A stretch of DNA of 53,310 nt, filler included, from Sluysia triapertura (GCA_046118255.1; 3 parts of 3 records of this genome joined end to end with filler, not necessarily neighbours in it), one strand, 5' to 3'. Shown: positions 26,527-40,365, counted from the first letter of the whole stretch. Numbers and translations: made by a program. Notes: a model not told the origin generated them from the letters alone.

Positions 26527-27174
26527 CTAAATAAGGTCAAAAATTAAATCGAAATTCAAATATGGATATCAATTATTAGTAAATTTATTAATAAAGATAC
26601 AATATAAACCAATTTATCATTCATTGATGACTAATATGTATTATAATAAAGAAATGTTTGAAAAATTACAATTAATAATGAATTAATTAGCAAGACTAAT
26701 TTTTGAAATAAGAAAAATATCTCATATAACACCTTGCTTAAATAATAAAGTTTAAAATTATAGGCTTATTTGGTGAAGATAAATTTTGATAAAATGTGTT
26801 TTAGAAATTATAAATTATATTTTAATATTTAAATTATGATTGTAGAAGTTATAAGTTAAGGTAAAATGAAAGAGAAAATTAGAATACGATCTTTATCACT
26901 AATTAAATTGCAATCTTACGTCAATCAAGAATTGTTTATTTGAATAAAGGATTAAATAATATTTATTAAATTTGAATAAATAATTATTAAAGCTCAAAAT
27001 ACAGAAAGTGTTTGAAAAAATGCACATACCTTATCAAATTTGATCTTTCATACAAGTTTACAAAATCTTCTGAAAATATTTTCATCAATTTTTGATGCAA
27101 AGGCAACATAGTTTTGGTTTTCGTTTTAAAATTGTTTAAAAATGATTAGAAATGGAGTTTTGAAGTTATTTTAC

Positions 27175-27550
27175 TTAACCCGTTCGGTAAGAGTATATTT
27201 TGCAATGTCACACTCGCAGGACGCAAAAATACTAGTAAAATTGTTCATACTTCACTGTTTCTTCATTACCGTCACTGCTAGTATCACAACGATCTTTACT
27301 CTCTATTTCACTCCAAGTATTCTTCATTATTGTCCGATGGGAAAAAATCGCGATAAATATTGAAATTCGAATGAAAGTAATGGATCAACGCGACTTATAA
27401 ATTATTTATCTATAATCATAGTTTAGGCCTTTCATAATTATAAGTACGGAGTATACTCCATACAATAGATATAGCCAGGCGCGAGCATAAATAAGCAACG
27501 CATATTCAACATATATTCAGCGGCAATAAGCGCTATTCGGTTATTGAAAC
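27175..27550. mobile_element. piggyBac-like end fragment in intron 1 of the finger gene
   Basis: TTAACCCGTTCGG end motif, identical to the one at 52098; no matching right end found. Confidence 0.4.
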
Positions 27551-27672
27551 AAGTAAATTGATACTACTCAGATGTCGAGGAAGTTATGCAAAAACGCTTA
27601 AAGGCTTTAAAGTTATTTTATAATATTATTTTCATCATTCAGTAATAACAAATAATTTTATAACATACTAAC

Positions 27673-28223
27673 CGATAACATTTATTACAACAAAAATTCG
27701 TAAATTCTGGTTCATTGACATCTCTTCCAAATATTCCGTCTGGAGGAAGAACAAATTTACTTTTAGCATTACTTGATTTCATTTTCTCTTGTTTTGTCAA
27801 TATACGATTATTTGGAAAATTTTGTTGGCCACGACTTTTCATTTGCCATGGTAATGGTCTCCATCTTTGTTGATCTTTTCTATACTTAACTGGCTGATCA
27901 GATGCACATGTGGTTTGTTCAATAATCGGTATTGCATAAGCATAAGTTTCATTACATTTCGAATAATTAATACCTTTAGATAACAAATTAATACAACTGG
28001 TGATTAATATATCCGAAATATTGCTGAAAATATTTTTGCCGTATTTATAAATTGAAAATTTTATTTCATTTGATTTTGATGTCAGTATTAATTTCTTTTG
28101 ATTATTAATTTTATTATTTAAAATCAACGATGTTTCATTTAAATCTTCTTCTGTATTGCTAAGTTTACCATCTGAAATCGTTTTATCTATATCGTTATTT
28201 GGATTTTGTTCTTTATTTATCAT
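27673..28223 (-). CDS. Tandem C2HC zinc-finger module gene, exon 1
   Basis: Long ATG-initiated frame ending PPDGIFGRDVNEPEFTNFCCNKCYR; phase-2 donor CG|GTTAGT at 27672. Confidence 0.8.
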
Positions 28224-29699
28224 TTAGTCATATTAGTTTCGCTTTCTAATTAATCAATAAACGATTTTAATTACTTTATTTAAACAATATATTTTATTTT
28301 ATATTTTAATAATTATTATTATTACATTTATATATATTACGCTGATATCTATTACAAAATAAGTGCTCAAAAGTGCATAAAATAAATCATTTACTATAAT
28401 ATTTCTGAAATTTAAAGAATTTTGTATTTTTAAATATTTTAATAACTTTCCACTAATATGACATTCAAAAAATATTAAATTAAAATTAAAAAGTCAATTT
28501 GAATTTATTTAAATCAACATTTCAATTTAATTTATTTTGTGAATTATCTACTTTAAATTCAAAAGCACAGTACATCAGAATAAAATTATATTCGGTATAA
28601 TGCAAATAATATTATGGACAAATAAAACAGCTATGAACTGTTAATAATCTTGCGTCGTTAATTAAATTAAATATTGTTTAATAATATAACAAATTCATTT
28701 CAGCACAATTATTGAATAATATAAACAAAAATCAATTATTAAAAATGAATATTGCAACCAACAATATTAGATTGCTAATCAAGTAATTATATGGTAACAG
28801 TCGAATAAATAGAGCACTAATGTTCTGTAGTCAGACTAATAACCAATAAAATTCTTATCTTAACTTTCCAAAAAAAACTCAAATTTAATTTCCCCAAAAA
28901 TTAAATTTTCTTTAAAATTAGTAAAATAAAATAATAACAAAATTAATATATCTGCTAATGAAGATTTGTAACAACTTGTGTATTTTCTTTCATTGTAATA
29001 TTTTTAAGTATTCTCTTTTATATTTTCTCAAACATTCTCTTATAAAAATCATTAACCGACAATAACAGCTTTGATAATTATGTGGTGGGGCTTGTCAGAC
29101 TTTATTAGGTGCAGAACACAAAAATTTGTTTAATCATTAATCGTTAATGATTAATCATTATTTTTCTTTACTCAACGCAATCTATTTCTACTTTAAATAA
29201 AATAACATTAAAATCATCAACTAAAATATGAATTGAATTTTAGTTTTTAGAATTCATTTGAATTTCAGCTTTTCACATCTAATTTTCTAATGGAAAATGA
29301 TTAAGGTTCTCAATCTCTCACAGATCATTCTATAAATATTTCAAACTTAATTATAAATTCTTATTTTCCAGAGCAATCAATTCACTGCTTTGTCATCACT
29401 CTAAATATGAGAATTTAACATTCTAAAATTGAGAAATAATTAAAATTTGACTCTGCTCAATATTAAGGTTTACCTTGCATGAACTCGGTCGACCCATACC
29501 TTCATCGAAAGATATTTTTAAAACAATTGCATATACAACTACATCGTTGACATAGACTTCCGCATTCAAACGCATAAAACGTACTTTTTCTTAATTAAGT
29601 TAATTAAAATTTTAATTAATGAACATATTTATGTTTAAAGGTTTTGTTAAGGCTTTACAGTTGTTTACTACTTTATAAGGTACATAGGGGATTTCTATA

Positions 29700-30120
29700 T
29701 GTTTTCACTCTGAATACTTTTACCACTTCTTTGTTAATTAAACATCAAACTTATCTTTAATATTAATGACAATGATTTTATTTCTTGAGTATTTTAATAA
29801 TTTCAAATACCTCACAAGGTCACTCAAAGGTTTCAAAGATCATTACATGTTTATAAGATCTTAAATAGCCTAAACATTCACAAGTTCAGTGGTACTTTAA
29901 TGCTCCAAAAAAATTTACCTAGCCGAATCTCAAGTTTTCTCAAGAGTTTTAGAACTCTAAGATATTCTTCACATCTCAAAATGATAATTGATATTTTCTT
30001 TTTCATCATTCTCACTTCAATAATTATGTTTTATTATGTTTTGCTCATCGTTCTGTATCAATTCTTCCTTTATTTTTCATTACCACATCTATCTTACTTA
30101 TTTCTTATTCAACACTTAGG
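29700..30120 (-). repeat. Dispersed repeat, inverted copy of 13690-14123
   Basis: Same collinear blocks on the reverse strand. Confidence 0.7.
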
Positions 30121-31225
30121 TAATCCTGACATATTCATAGATGCAAGATATAAGTGTACACAGGAGTATGAACAGTAAGCTTAAATTTTATTATTTTATT
30201 CTTATGTTTAGATTATAATAAATGATGCTACTCATTGTTATTTATTTGTATGTAGGAGAAGTGGAGCTTTATTTATATTTAATATTTTAAATATATTAAA
30301 AATAATTATTTTTATTAAAGATCTGTATATTTGAAACTCTCAAAAATGTCGAGATTTATACTGATGTTGTACGTTGATGCCCGTTACGTTGTGTTATATT
30401 GTAAATGTGACCGAAAGAGATTTAATAAACGGTACACCTTGAGAAATGCCAAAAGTGATCAAAACAGCGTGAATATTTCTTAAGAATTTTCATTAAGAAA
30501 ATAAAATCTTTTAATCACCTTGACAACTGATAAGGTTGCGACAGTCCTTTTATAATGAGAAGTTCTGGATTTGATTTCTAATATTCATTTAAATAAAAAT
30601 TGAAAATTGTTAGTAAGAGCTATTTTGTCGCTTTCTGAGGAATTTTTACTTGATATTGATATGTTAGTCTCGAATAAAAGAAATGCAATTTTACTATTGC
30701 TTAAAGCTTAACAAAATACGTCTATTGATTATTAAGATGACACTAATTTTCCAGATATATTGAGGGGCAAAATACACTTAAGACCCTTGAGGTTTTGACT
30801 GTAAAATTTAATTTTAATCACTAAATCCAATATAAAATTATCACAAATTTCCTTATTTCGATGATGTTATTTATTCAACCCAAAGATTAAGTTTTTAAAG
30901 TAAAATAAACAACAACAATTTAATAATTAAATGATTACAACAAAAAAATACAAATCACTGTTACTAAACAAATGACTAAAACTACAGGATTAACAATAAT
31001 GTTTATAATAGTATGACAGTCTAAATGAAGAAGCTAGGAGTCACGCAACAAAAACTAAAAATATCGATATCGATAAAGTTTAAAATAGTGATACTGCTTA
31101 CATATTTTCAGATAATCTTAACCTAATTTGATATCGGTCAAAAGTTTTGGGCAGGGATCCTCCCAAAAATCAAATTTATTAATATCTAAAGAAAAATTAA
31201 GAATTAAAATCACTTATAATTAAAA

Positions 31226-31325
31226 NNNNNNNNNNNNNNNNNNNNNNNNNNNNNNNNNNNNNNNNNNNNTTAATTAATTAANNNNNNNNNNNNNNNNNNN
31301 NNNNNNNNNNNNNNNNNNNNNNNNN
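31226..31325. other. Assembly gap with artificial six-frame stop linker
   Basis: 44 N + TTAATTAATTAA (31270-31281) + 44 N, identical to the first gap. Confidence 0.98.
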
Positions 31326-31568
31326 AAATATTTCTTAGTTTATGTAGATAATAAATTTCTTGTGGTATTTTTTGGCAATCATATGATAAAATTAATTCAA
31401 AAGCATCATAAACACAGTTATAAAAATTAATAATTTTTATAAGTTCAGAAATATATTAACTTTATTTTGTTAAAATGTAATATGCGCTTTTGTACCATCA
31501 CTCAATTAAAAAAACAACAGAAGCAATTATATATTTCGATAATGATAATTTGCATTATATATATATAT

Positions 31569-32490
31569 GATTGGCAAGATTGAAATTGTAATTATTATTC
31601 ATTGACTTAATACCTCACCATTTGTTGAAATTCTCATTATTATGAAGTATGAGTTCTTACGTGGAAATACAGCATCACTAACCATGCGAAATATTAATAG
31701 TATATTTGGTTCTAGTGTTGATACATGGCAGACAGTATCAAATTGGTTCATTAGATTTTGTACAGGTAACTTTAACTTCACAAGTGAGCCCTGTGGTCGC
31801 CCAGAATCAAAAGTCAATAATTGTGAACTAAAAGTCACCACTGAGTTTGACCAATCTCTGAAAGTCATTAAACTCAAATCAATAAAGTGAAAAGTTGGAT
31901 AAGTAGTTTCCACATGAACAGAAAGAAAAATAGAAACAAAAGCTTTTGATGTTGCTCGATGTCGTCACAAATCTATTCCATTATTGAAACGAATTGTTAA
32001 TCATGAAGCACTAAGAAACAATTAAAAGCAGAATATTCATCAATAAAAGCTCATTGTGAGTGTTTCGTGGTATGGTTCAGGTATAATACATTATTATTTC
32101 GTGAAAGCTGGCTCATCAATCACACAGAAATATACTGCAACCGACTGGACAAATGATTTAAAAACTTAAAGAAAAACAGCCTTGAGTGAGCAACAGATAA
32201 CGCTACACCATACATTGCACAATCAACTGTGCCTAAGTTGGAACTTCTTCATTATCCACCAGACCTACCACTTCTGAAATGTCGAAATCTTTTAATAGGA
32301 AAACAATTTAATTCCGACATTGCTGTAAAACTGGCTTTCCAAGAATTCACAGACTTTCATCTGTCAAGGTTTTGAACAATCTGCCGCTTTAGTAGCACAT
32401 TAATTGTGTGTATTTTGATGAATAAAACAGTTCCTTAAATTTTTAAGATGTAACAATAATCTCTATTCCTTTCAAATTTGCGGTTTTTAA
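31569..32490 (+). mobile_element. Degenerate mariner (Mos1/Hsmar-type) transposon
   Basis: MKYEFLRGNTASLTMRNINSIFG...TVSNWFIRFCTGNFNFTSEPCGRP is the mariner HTH plus GRP linker. Downstream relics KLIVSVSW..SGIIHY, DNATPY and KQFNSDIAVK. Starts at a (TA)n run; stops and frameshifts present. Confidence 0.9.
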
Positions 32491-34539
32491 AAACTAAATT
32501 CGAAAAGTGCTTTTAAAATTTTCCAATGCAATAAAAAAATATTAAAATTGTCAATTTTAAAAAAAGAATTAGTAATTAGCAAAAGCTATATTTTAATTGC
32601 TCATGAATTACGAAAGTAAATGCAAAAAATATTTACAATTAATTAGTAAAAATATCAAATTAATTTTTTAGTATATTAATAGTTTAATATTGCACCCAAA
32701 ATAAAAGTGATATTTAAACATTAAAATTGAATTTAATATTTATTAACAAAACTCTACAATATTTTATTCGAATATTGTTTTAATTAGATATTTATATAAT
32801 TAAAATAAACTATTTAAACAATTTATTTAAAATTATAATATTAAATATTTAATCCTTAAGAAAAATTATTGACAATATTTTTGGTATTAATTTTATCGAA
32901 AATAAATTTGAAAAATTATATGTGATACAACTTGTATTGTATTAATTTATTTCCGTAAGATATGCAATGATAAATTACAATGACAAATGCTCATTTTACT
33001 TTTGTTTATATTCATTTTATTTAATTAAATATAATAAATTGTTATTATTGTGATGGCCAACTCAATATTTTAAAAACTTTTATTTCACTAATACACAACA
33101 AAATCACTCTTCAGAATATTTCATAATTGTTAATTCTTTCAAACATTCTAAATATAAAATTTCTCTATATCAAAATCATATTCAACATCGAAAATCATCA
33201 AACATATACTTAAAAAATTAATTCAAAACATTTTAAATTTAATTTAACATATTGCACATAAAACCACATTCCATAACATTTTATCATTTTTTCATCAAAA
33301 CCACTAAAACTTTAAACATCGCAATACATTTCAAGTTCACAATTTGTCAGCAATAAAGTCATTCAGTTCATCAAAAATCATTAAATTCGTAATCCAAAAT
33401 TACCTTAAAACATCATTATAATTAAAACAGAGTTTATTTTATCAGCATCTTTAGTTAAGTATTACTCCTTTTTATACACATCTTGTACTCAGTTCTTTTA
33501 ATACCTTAACTAACTTCTTATTTTTTCAAACATTATCACAACCTTTTTCATATTTTATTTCTTTCAGATCCAATAAAAAACCATTTTTCAACATCCAAAC
33601 TTTACTTTCATTCAAAACCATCAATTTACATTTAAAAATTCATCTAAAACATTTTATTCATTATCTAATAACATTAGAATCACAAGTACATCTTAAATTA
33701 TTATTTAAAACGCGAAAGATTAATTTAAAACATTATAGGTTCACAATCTTCCAACATTCAGTCTCTAGGATTTTTAAAGACAGCAATTTTAATTAAATAA
33801 ATATTATGTTAAGAAACAAGGCAAAATAGAAGAAAATGTATGCTACAAGACAAAGATTTATGTATTTTAATTATATCTATTTTATTTTATTTATTGTTAT
33901 TAATTGTAGTCATCTTTTATTATCATTATTATTATCATTACTATTCTTCATTATCATTAGTTTCAATTTAATCTGAACTTAATTTAATTTTAATTTAGAC
34001 TTTGTCAATCTTTCAGAATTTCATTAAAAATTTAATTATCTTTCAACATCTCACTTCATGTAGTTTTTAACTTTAAAGTTTATATGGTTACAGACAGACA
34101 CATTCGCAGTTCCATACACATTTGTTAATAAATGCATTGCATAAATATATGTATAACATTTCACATTATACATTTCGATTGGATGTCCAGTCGTATCCAA
34201 TAATAAAGACAATCTATGTTTTGTGTATTTTGTGGTGTAATGAGTAGATGGGTATTAGTTGATTGTGTGCATGTATGTGTTTATGCTCATTTGTTTCATT
34301 ATTTATAACGTAATACAGCAATTGGTTGAAAAAAGCAATTCATGTTTTAATAAAGAAGTAGAGATAAATAATTATAATCATAATTTTGTGCAAAAAAAAA
34401 CAATTAAAGATTTATGTTATAAATTCACTAATATAGAAAAATGATCTGCAATTTCATTGCCAATTATCGTTTTAGATTATGACTAAAATTTATAAACTTT
34501 ATGAATAGTGAAATTAATGAATTTTAAATTAGATTAGTT

Positions 34540-35262
34540 TAAGTGCAAAATATTAGAATAAGAAGTTTAACTGCACGATTTTATTCACCTCAGGCGAAAG
34601 AAATTACTATGATTTGTAAAAGTAATAAAAACGTCATATTATCAGGTTTAAATCATGCCTATTCTTTGAAATATAGAATGATAAAGCAAGATAAAAGTAT
34701 TGTTAGATTAATTATAACAGTTCATGGTCAAGTTACAGAAATACCTATTAATATATTTCCAACAGCTCACAAATTAGTTATTACAAATATAGTAGATGTT
34801 GACAAATAAAGTAACATCATTAAGGACAGAGTTGTCGAATGAAAGATTAAAAGTGGTCGTTTTAAGTTTTTCTGTAATAGTAGCAAACCTTTAAATATAA
34901 TTTCACAGAATGATGTTAATGAAAATAAACATCAAAAATTGGCTTTCTGTCTATATAAAAAAAACTCATATTTGAGAATGTTCCAGATACGGCAAGAACT
35001 GTAGATATTACCACGGATTTTACGAATTCAACGATGTTCTTGGTTATCTAGTTAACTTCGTTGATCACTATGATAGAATCGAATCTTTCTTATCAACCTT
35101 GGGAATCATACTTGACATTCAAAACTTGTCTATTAGTGCTGCTAATATTTCTAATAATAGTTACATTAACGTTCTATCCGATCCAGTGATACAAGATGAG
35201 ATTGAATTAATTTTACATTTTGATTCAATTTATTTTGATATAAATCAATTTTTATATTTATA
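34540..35262 (+). pseudogene. Disrupted coding relic with a CCCH-type zinc finger
   Basis: About 240 codons over two frames with few stops; FCLYKKNSY/ECSRYGKNCRYYHG across a frameshift near the A8 run at ~34957-34964. Confidence 0.4.
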
Positions 35263-36089
35263 ATTTTTTAGAAAACATATGAAAGCATTTCCTGATATAT
35301 TCAAAAAATGTTTAAACTATGTACAAAGATGTTTGTTTTTTTATTTAGAGATAATTAAAATAGATGGTTTTAGTTATTATTTTCATTTTTACTTAGATTT
35401 TGAGAAGTTTAAATTAAATTTTGCAATAAAATTGTTAATATTATTAAATTTCATTTTTCGATAACAAGTCTTAACTAAATTAAATTAATTTTTTTAGTAA
35501 AGTGTTTCATTGTAAAATGTATTATAATAAAACCTAAACTAAATGATAAAATACCAAAATTACCATTATTATAATTTATATTATAAATTATATTATTAAT
35601 TAACAATAATTTTTATTATCTATACACTAAAAAATAATCTAGTATTTTATATTTATGTGTATTGGTATTTATAAACATTTACAAATCAATTAATATTTTC
35701 TTATTATATAATCCTCTAGTTTCTATGATCTTACAACGTAGAACTAATTTACTTCAGCATAACGACTTTAATTACTCAAAATTTAATTCAAATTTTATTT
35801 TAAATTTTAAACATTAAAATATATTTTTAATTATAAATTTTTCAACAAAACAGTTTTCTTTTTTTCATAATATTTCTTTGTTTTTCGATTGAAATTTTTA
35901 ATAAAAATTATATTTTGCAAATAATTAATAATCAAAATATTAATGTAGACAATTATTATTCTATTTAACATAATTTGATGATAATTAATAATAGTGATAA
36001 TTAAATAGTAAAACTTAAGTTTTTAAATATACTTTTATCATGCATTATTAACTTAATATAATTAATTTTGAAAAAAATATGTATTTTAA

Positions 36090-36430
36090 TTGATTGATTT
36101 TTCTTTAATATTTATTTTATTTTGAATAGATATATAAATTCTAAGTAATATGCCTCGAATTTGACAAAAAAATAAATTGCACTAAGCAATATTGAATTTC
36201 TTTAATTGCTTCTTGATTAACTGGAAGTGTGCATCTAGAAAAGTAAAAATTGTATTGTCTAATCAGTACGATTTGATTCTTAAAACTCTTTGAATTTCTT
36301 TATTTGGTTGTAGATTGAAATAATGCGAAAACATGTCAAAATTAAGCCTATCATAAAAGTATATTTTATCCTGATGATATTCTACATATCCTCATGATAT
36401 GTACGTTCCAATAGAGGCATCCCTCAGTGA
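36090..36430 (-). pseudogene. Spliced gene relic of unknown family with a 35-nt intron
   Basis: Removing the GT-AG intron 36235-36269 joins GYVEYHQDK...VLRIKS to CTLPVNQEAIKEIQ...; in-frame TGA at 36394-36392. Confidence 0.4.
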
Positions 36431-38039
36431 GTAAGACAATTAATGTACATATTATAAAGAATTAGAATAAATTAAAGAAAACAAAACAGAATTCTCAAAA
36501 AATTCGCTCAATATTCACTTTCTAAACTTTTGGGTTGTTTCACTTATTATTATTATTTTACAAATAATACCATAATATATAAATAATATTATAAATTAAA
36601 CTTAAATAAATAATTATAAAATAAAATTTTTACATTTGTTCTAATTAATTATTGAGTCAAAAAATCTAATTCAAAAGTTGTATTATAAAAATAAAAGCGC
36701 AATTGATTTATAGTTTGCATGATGAAATTTATTTAATATATCTGACCTACTTTGTTAAATATGAACTAGATTTTATAAACCAAAAAATATAGTTTATATT
36801 TAAATTAATATCAATAAATCAATTCGATAGAAAGTTTTCAACTAAAGTTTTATTAAAACAAAATCATTTAGTAAATTATGACAATATAATGAATATTTAT
36901 TTAGTATATTTTTTATGCGAAATATATATATTTTCTGTAATTATATAATAATGAAGTAAAAACAATTACAAAAATTACAAGTAACATACTTCTTGGATAT
37001 ATATTCAGAAAAAGTTTTGCGATTTTATTATTTTATTAAAATAAATTTTATTTACAAAATTAATAACATTTGAATTATATTTTATTATATATATTTACAT
37101 TTTCAATTATCATATATAATTCGATACGACAAGAAAAATGATATTTTGTTATATATGAAACAATTTATACGTTACATTTATTTGAAATAGGCAAATAAAA
37201 AAAGGTTTAAAAAGTATTCCACATATAAAATTGTAGAGTTCATTAAAAATGTAAAAAAAGTGCATAAAATAGTGAGATAATTATTGATTTAAATTGGTAT
37301 TTAGCCATTTTTGGTTTTTATACGTTACAAACACATCTCTAAACTTGTATTAGCATTATTTCTTATGTAAAGCATTATAAAATTTATATAATTTTATCGT
37401 ATTGACATGTCTAAAACGTATAGATAATTTAATACCATTGCTTTATTTGGAACAACATAAATAAATAAAATGAATTACCATTTATAATTATATTTTTTTA
37501 AATAATTTTCGACTTATTTTCATAAAAATATTTATATAAATTTTAAAATAGTTTTGCTACAATATGAGAAAAAAGTGTGGGTAAAGAAAATAATTGTAAT
37601 AAATAAAAAATAAACTTAGTCTTGAAATATTTTAATAAAACTTTTATAATAAGTCTGTAAACTTAAAGAAACAACTTATAAACTGTAGTTTATTCTCAAT
37701 AGTTTCAAAGAAAACTCTCTAAAATTCAAAATTAAGAAAGAAATACTTCAAAAATATGTCTAACTTTAGAATAAAATAAAAAATCAATGATAAATATACG
37801 GCATGAAGCATCAAATGAATGAAAAACATATGATTTATATAAAATAGAAATGAAAAAATTAATACTAACCAAGCACAAACATAGATAAATCATTACGTCA
37901 TTATTTTTAAATTCATCTTTCATTCCAAATTAATAAATAAGAATTAAATAAGTTTTTTTGAATTTAATACTCGTTTAACTGCAATGTTAAATTAGTCTTT
38001 GTTAAAAACTGGACTAATTCAGTGCCAGTTACAAGCCAT

Positions 38040-40365
38040 TTATTTTATCACTTGGAAGGATCCAAGTTAATCTCGACTTATGATATCGTTCAAAAGCAAT
38101 AACAAATAGAATTGAAATAAAAAAAATTACTTGAAATTTGTTTATAGAGATTAATTTTCCAAGGAATTCTTGTTTTCTTTGACAATTTTTCATTTACGAT
38201 AAAAATAAACAAGACAATTATGGAATGGAACAAGAAATATGGCATTTGAATTAATCTGAGACATACCATTATTACAAAAAATCCAAGTTTATTAATGATC
38301 CGATTGAACAATTTTGAAAACAATTAAATGCATTTATACAGTTGGTTAATTGTTAGAGAAAATTAGTTATTAATTAATAAGGCTGAAACCTTTTCATTCA
38401 GTGTATTGAATTAATAAGATGATTTGGACTTCAGAGTGTCAAGTGTTTATTTTAAATAAAATGCTTATTTTTTCGAAATTGGTGTTGCATTGTTTCATTT
38501 ATAAGTTGATCAATACAAACTACGAGTTTGCGGTTGTGTCGTTCGACAGCGAATATGTTGAATATGGATAATCTCTAGAGAATTTTGTGAAAATTTTCAC
38601 TGAAGACTCGAAAAGAGGTATGGACATTTATATGGACAACAATTTCTTGTAAAAGTAAATCATAGTGCAAAGAAGTTTATGAAATTATGAAAAAAGGAAT
38701 CTTTAAAACCTCAATTTTCGTCATGGATAACGAATGTTTTTGTTTGATACTGAAGAACTTCACACAAGATTGTATTTAGAATGCAGATGAAATGAAATAG
38801 AAGTCATTCAATTGAAAATATATATTTATGTAAAATATGTAAAACATTCATTTTAATCAAAATTTTTTAAGAACTTCAACACATCGATTTCATAAACATT
38901 TTTAATTATTTTTATGGAAAAGGATTCACTTTCATCGAAAATAATAAATAAAGTAAATATTTATCCTTAGAAAATCAATCTATTTAAACAAATTTTAGTG
39001 ATTTAGCTGAAATGACTCAGACATCTTATAAATGGCAATTCTATTAGATGCCTTAGATAATCGATAAAGGAACATTACATTTGAAGCTATTTTGAATAAT
39101 TAGATATATCTATTTGTTAAAAAAGAAAGTAACGTTTCAAAGAGAAGTTAACTTTTCGAAGATAAGGGAGATAATTGTACATTTCAAATGATACATGATT
39201 ATCCCAACAGCACTACCCAAATCTATTGCCAAGAAAGCAATATGCATTTGTAGAGATTTAATAAATACTACAATTAATTATGAAATAAGATCTTAGTTTA
39301 ACCTAATTTTAACATGAATTAGATATAAAGTATTACTAATCAATTTCCTATTTTCACAAATGGAATCTATATAATAGATTAATAAATTTAAATGGTGAAA
39401 GAAGAGGAATAAAATCTAATGATTTATCGAAAACTCTTAACAATTTAAAATAGAATAAGAATCTTGTGAAAGCCAAAAAGGATTCATTGAAGTTCCATAG
39501 TTGGAAATTTAGTATTTATTTATACGGAATTGTGAAAATTATATCAGAGTTGCTTAAATACAATATATAGTAAAATGTGATGCCTGCACATTAACTATTG
39601 ATTATCTATGTTGATGTAATTGTGAATTTATTAATTATTTTGTACATAATTATTATTAAATTGTATATATAATTATTTATTTTATATTTTATACAATATT
39701 TTATAATTTTGATGATTTTATAATGTAATTAATCAAAGAGAAAATCACCGAATTTAAAGTAAGAAATTACATTATTTTGATTAAATTTTTAAATTAATTG
39801 AGGCTTTAATATTTTATTAATTTGAATTAAAATATTGATTTTATTAAAATATATTTGTCAGACTAAAACAAATATATAGAGGTACAATTTTCATGACATG
39901 ACACAACAAAAAACGAAATAGAAGTTATAAGAAGCTTCCGAGTAGTATTGACATCACGAATGAATTTCAGATTCCTTTTTATTGGCATCAAGATTGAAGA
40001 ATCCATTTCATTTCTTTTGTTGATTCTTTACGTTAGTTTATTTTAATAAGATAATGATATCGTTAAGATATCGCGTAACATTTTACTTAAATTCATTTTT
40101 ATAACAATTTAGGATCTTATAATCCTTCGTAAAATCATCTTTTAAAATCACAAATTAATTTCGGAAATTGATTTATTCCAACGTAATATAAATATTATTA
40201 TTATATAATTTGTTTAATTTATAATTTATTGTATAATCTTATTTAAATTATTAGATAAATTTTGTAAAACCGCATAAATACCTCCAGATATTTAACATAC
40301 TTAACTAGCATTAAATTAAATCTTTGATACTTTTACTTCACAAATCCAATGGCTAGCCCTAGCTG
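38040..40365 (+). pseudogene. Degenerate NACHT-LRR (NLR-like) gene, copy A
   Basis: Motif relics in NLR order: GILVFFDNF (Walker B-like, ~38163), IITKNPSLL (~38270), DIL*MAILLDALD..NITFE (~39020), CTFQMIHDY/TAL (FxHxxxQEYxAA-like, ~39180), LRR relics SLR*FIL/DNDI (~40025), last exon IQWLALAG|GTAAGT. Confidence 0.55.
38337..38850 (+). mobile_element. Decayed Tc1/IS630-like element inserted in NLR relic A
   Basis: TA|CAG start at 38337-38341; SIFVMDN second-Asp motif at 38711-38731. Right boundary approximate. Confidence 0.45.
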
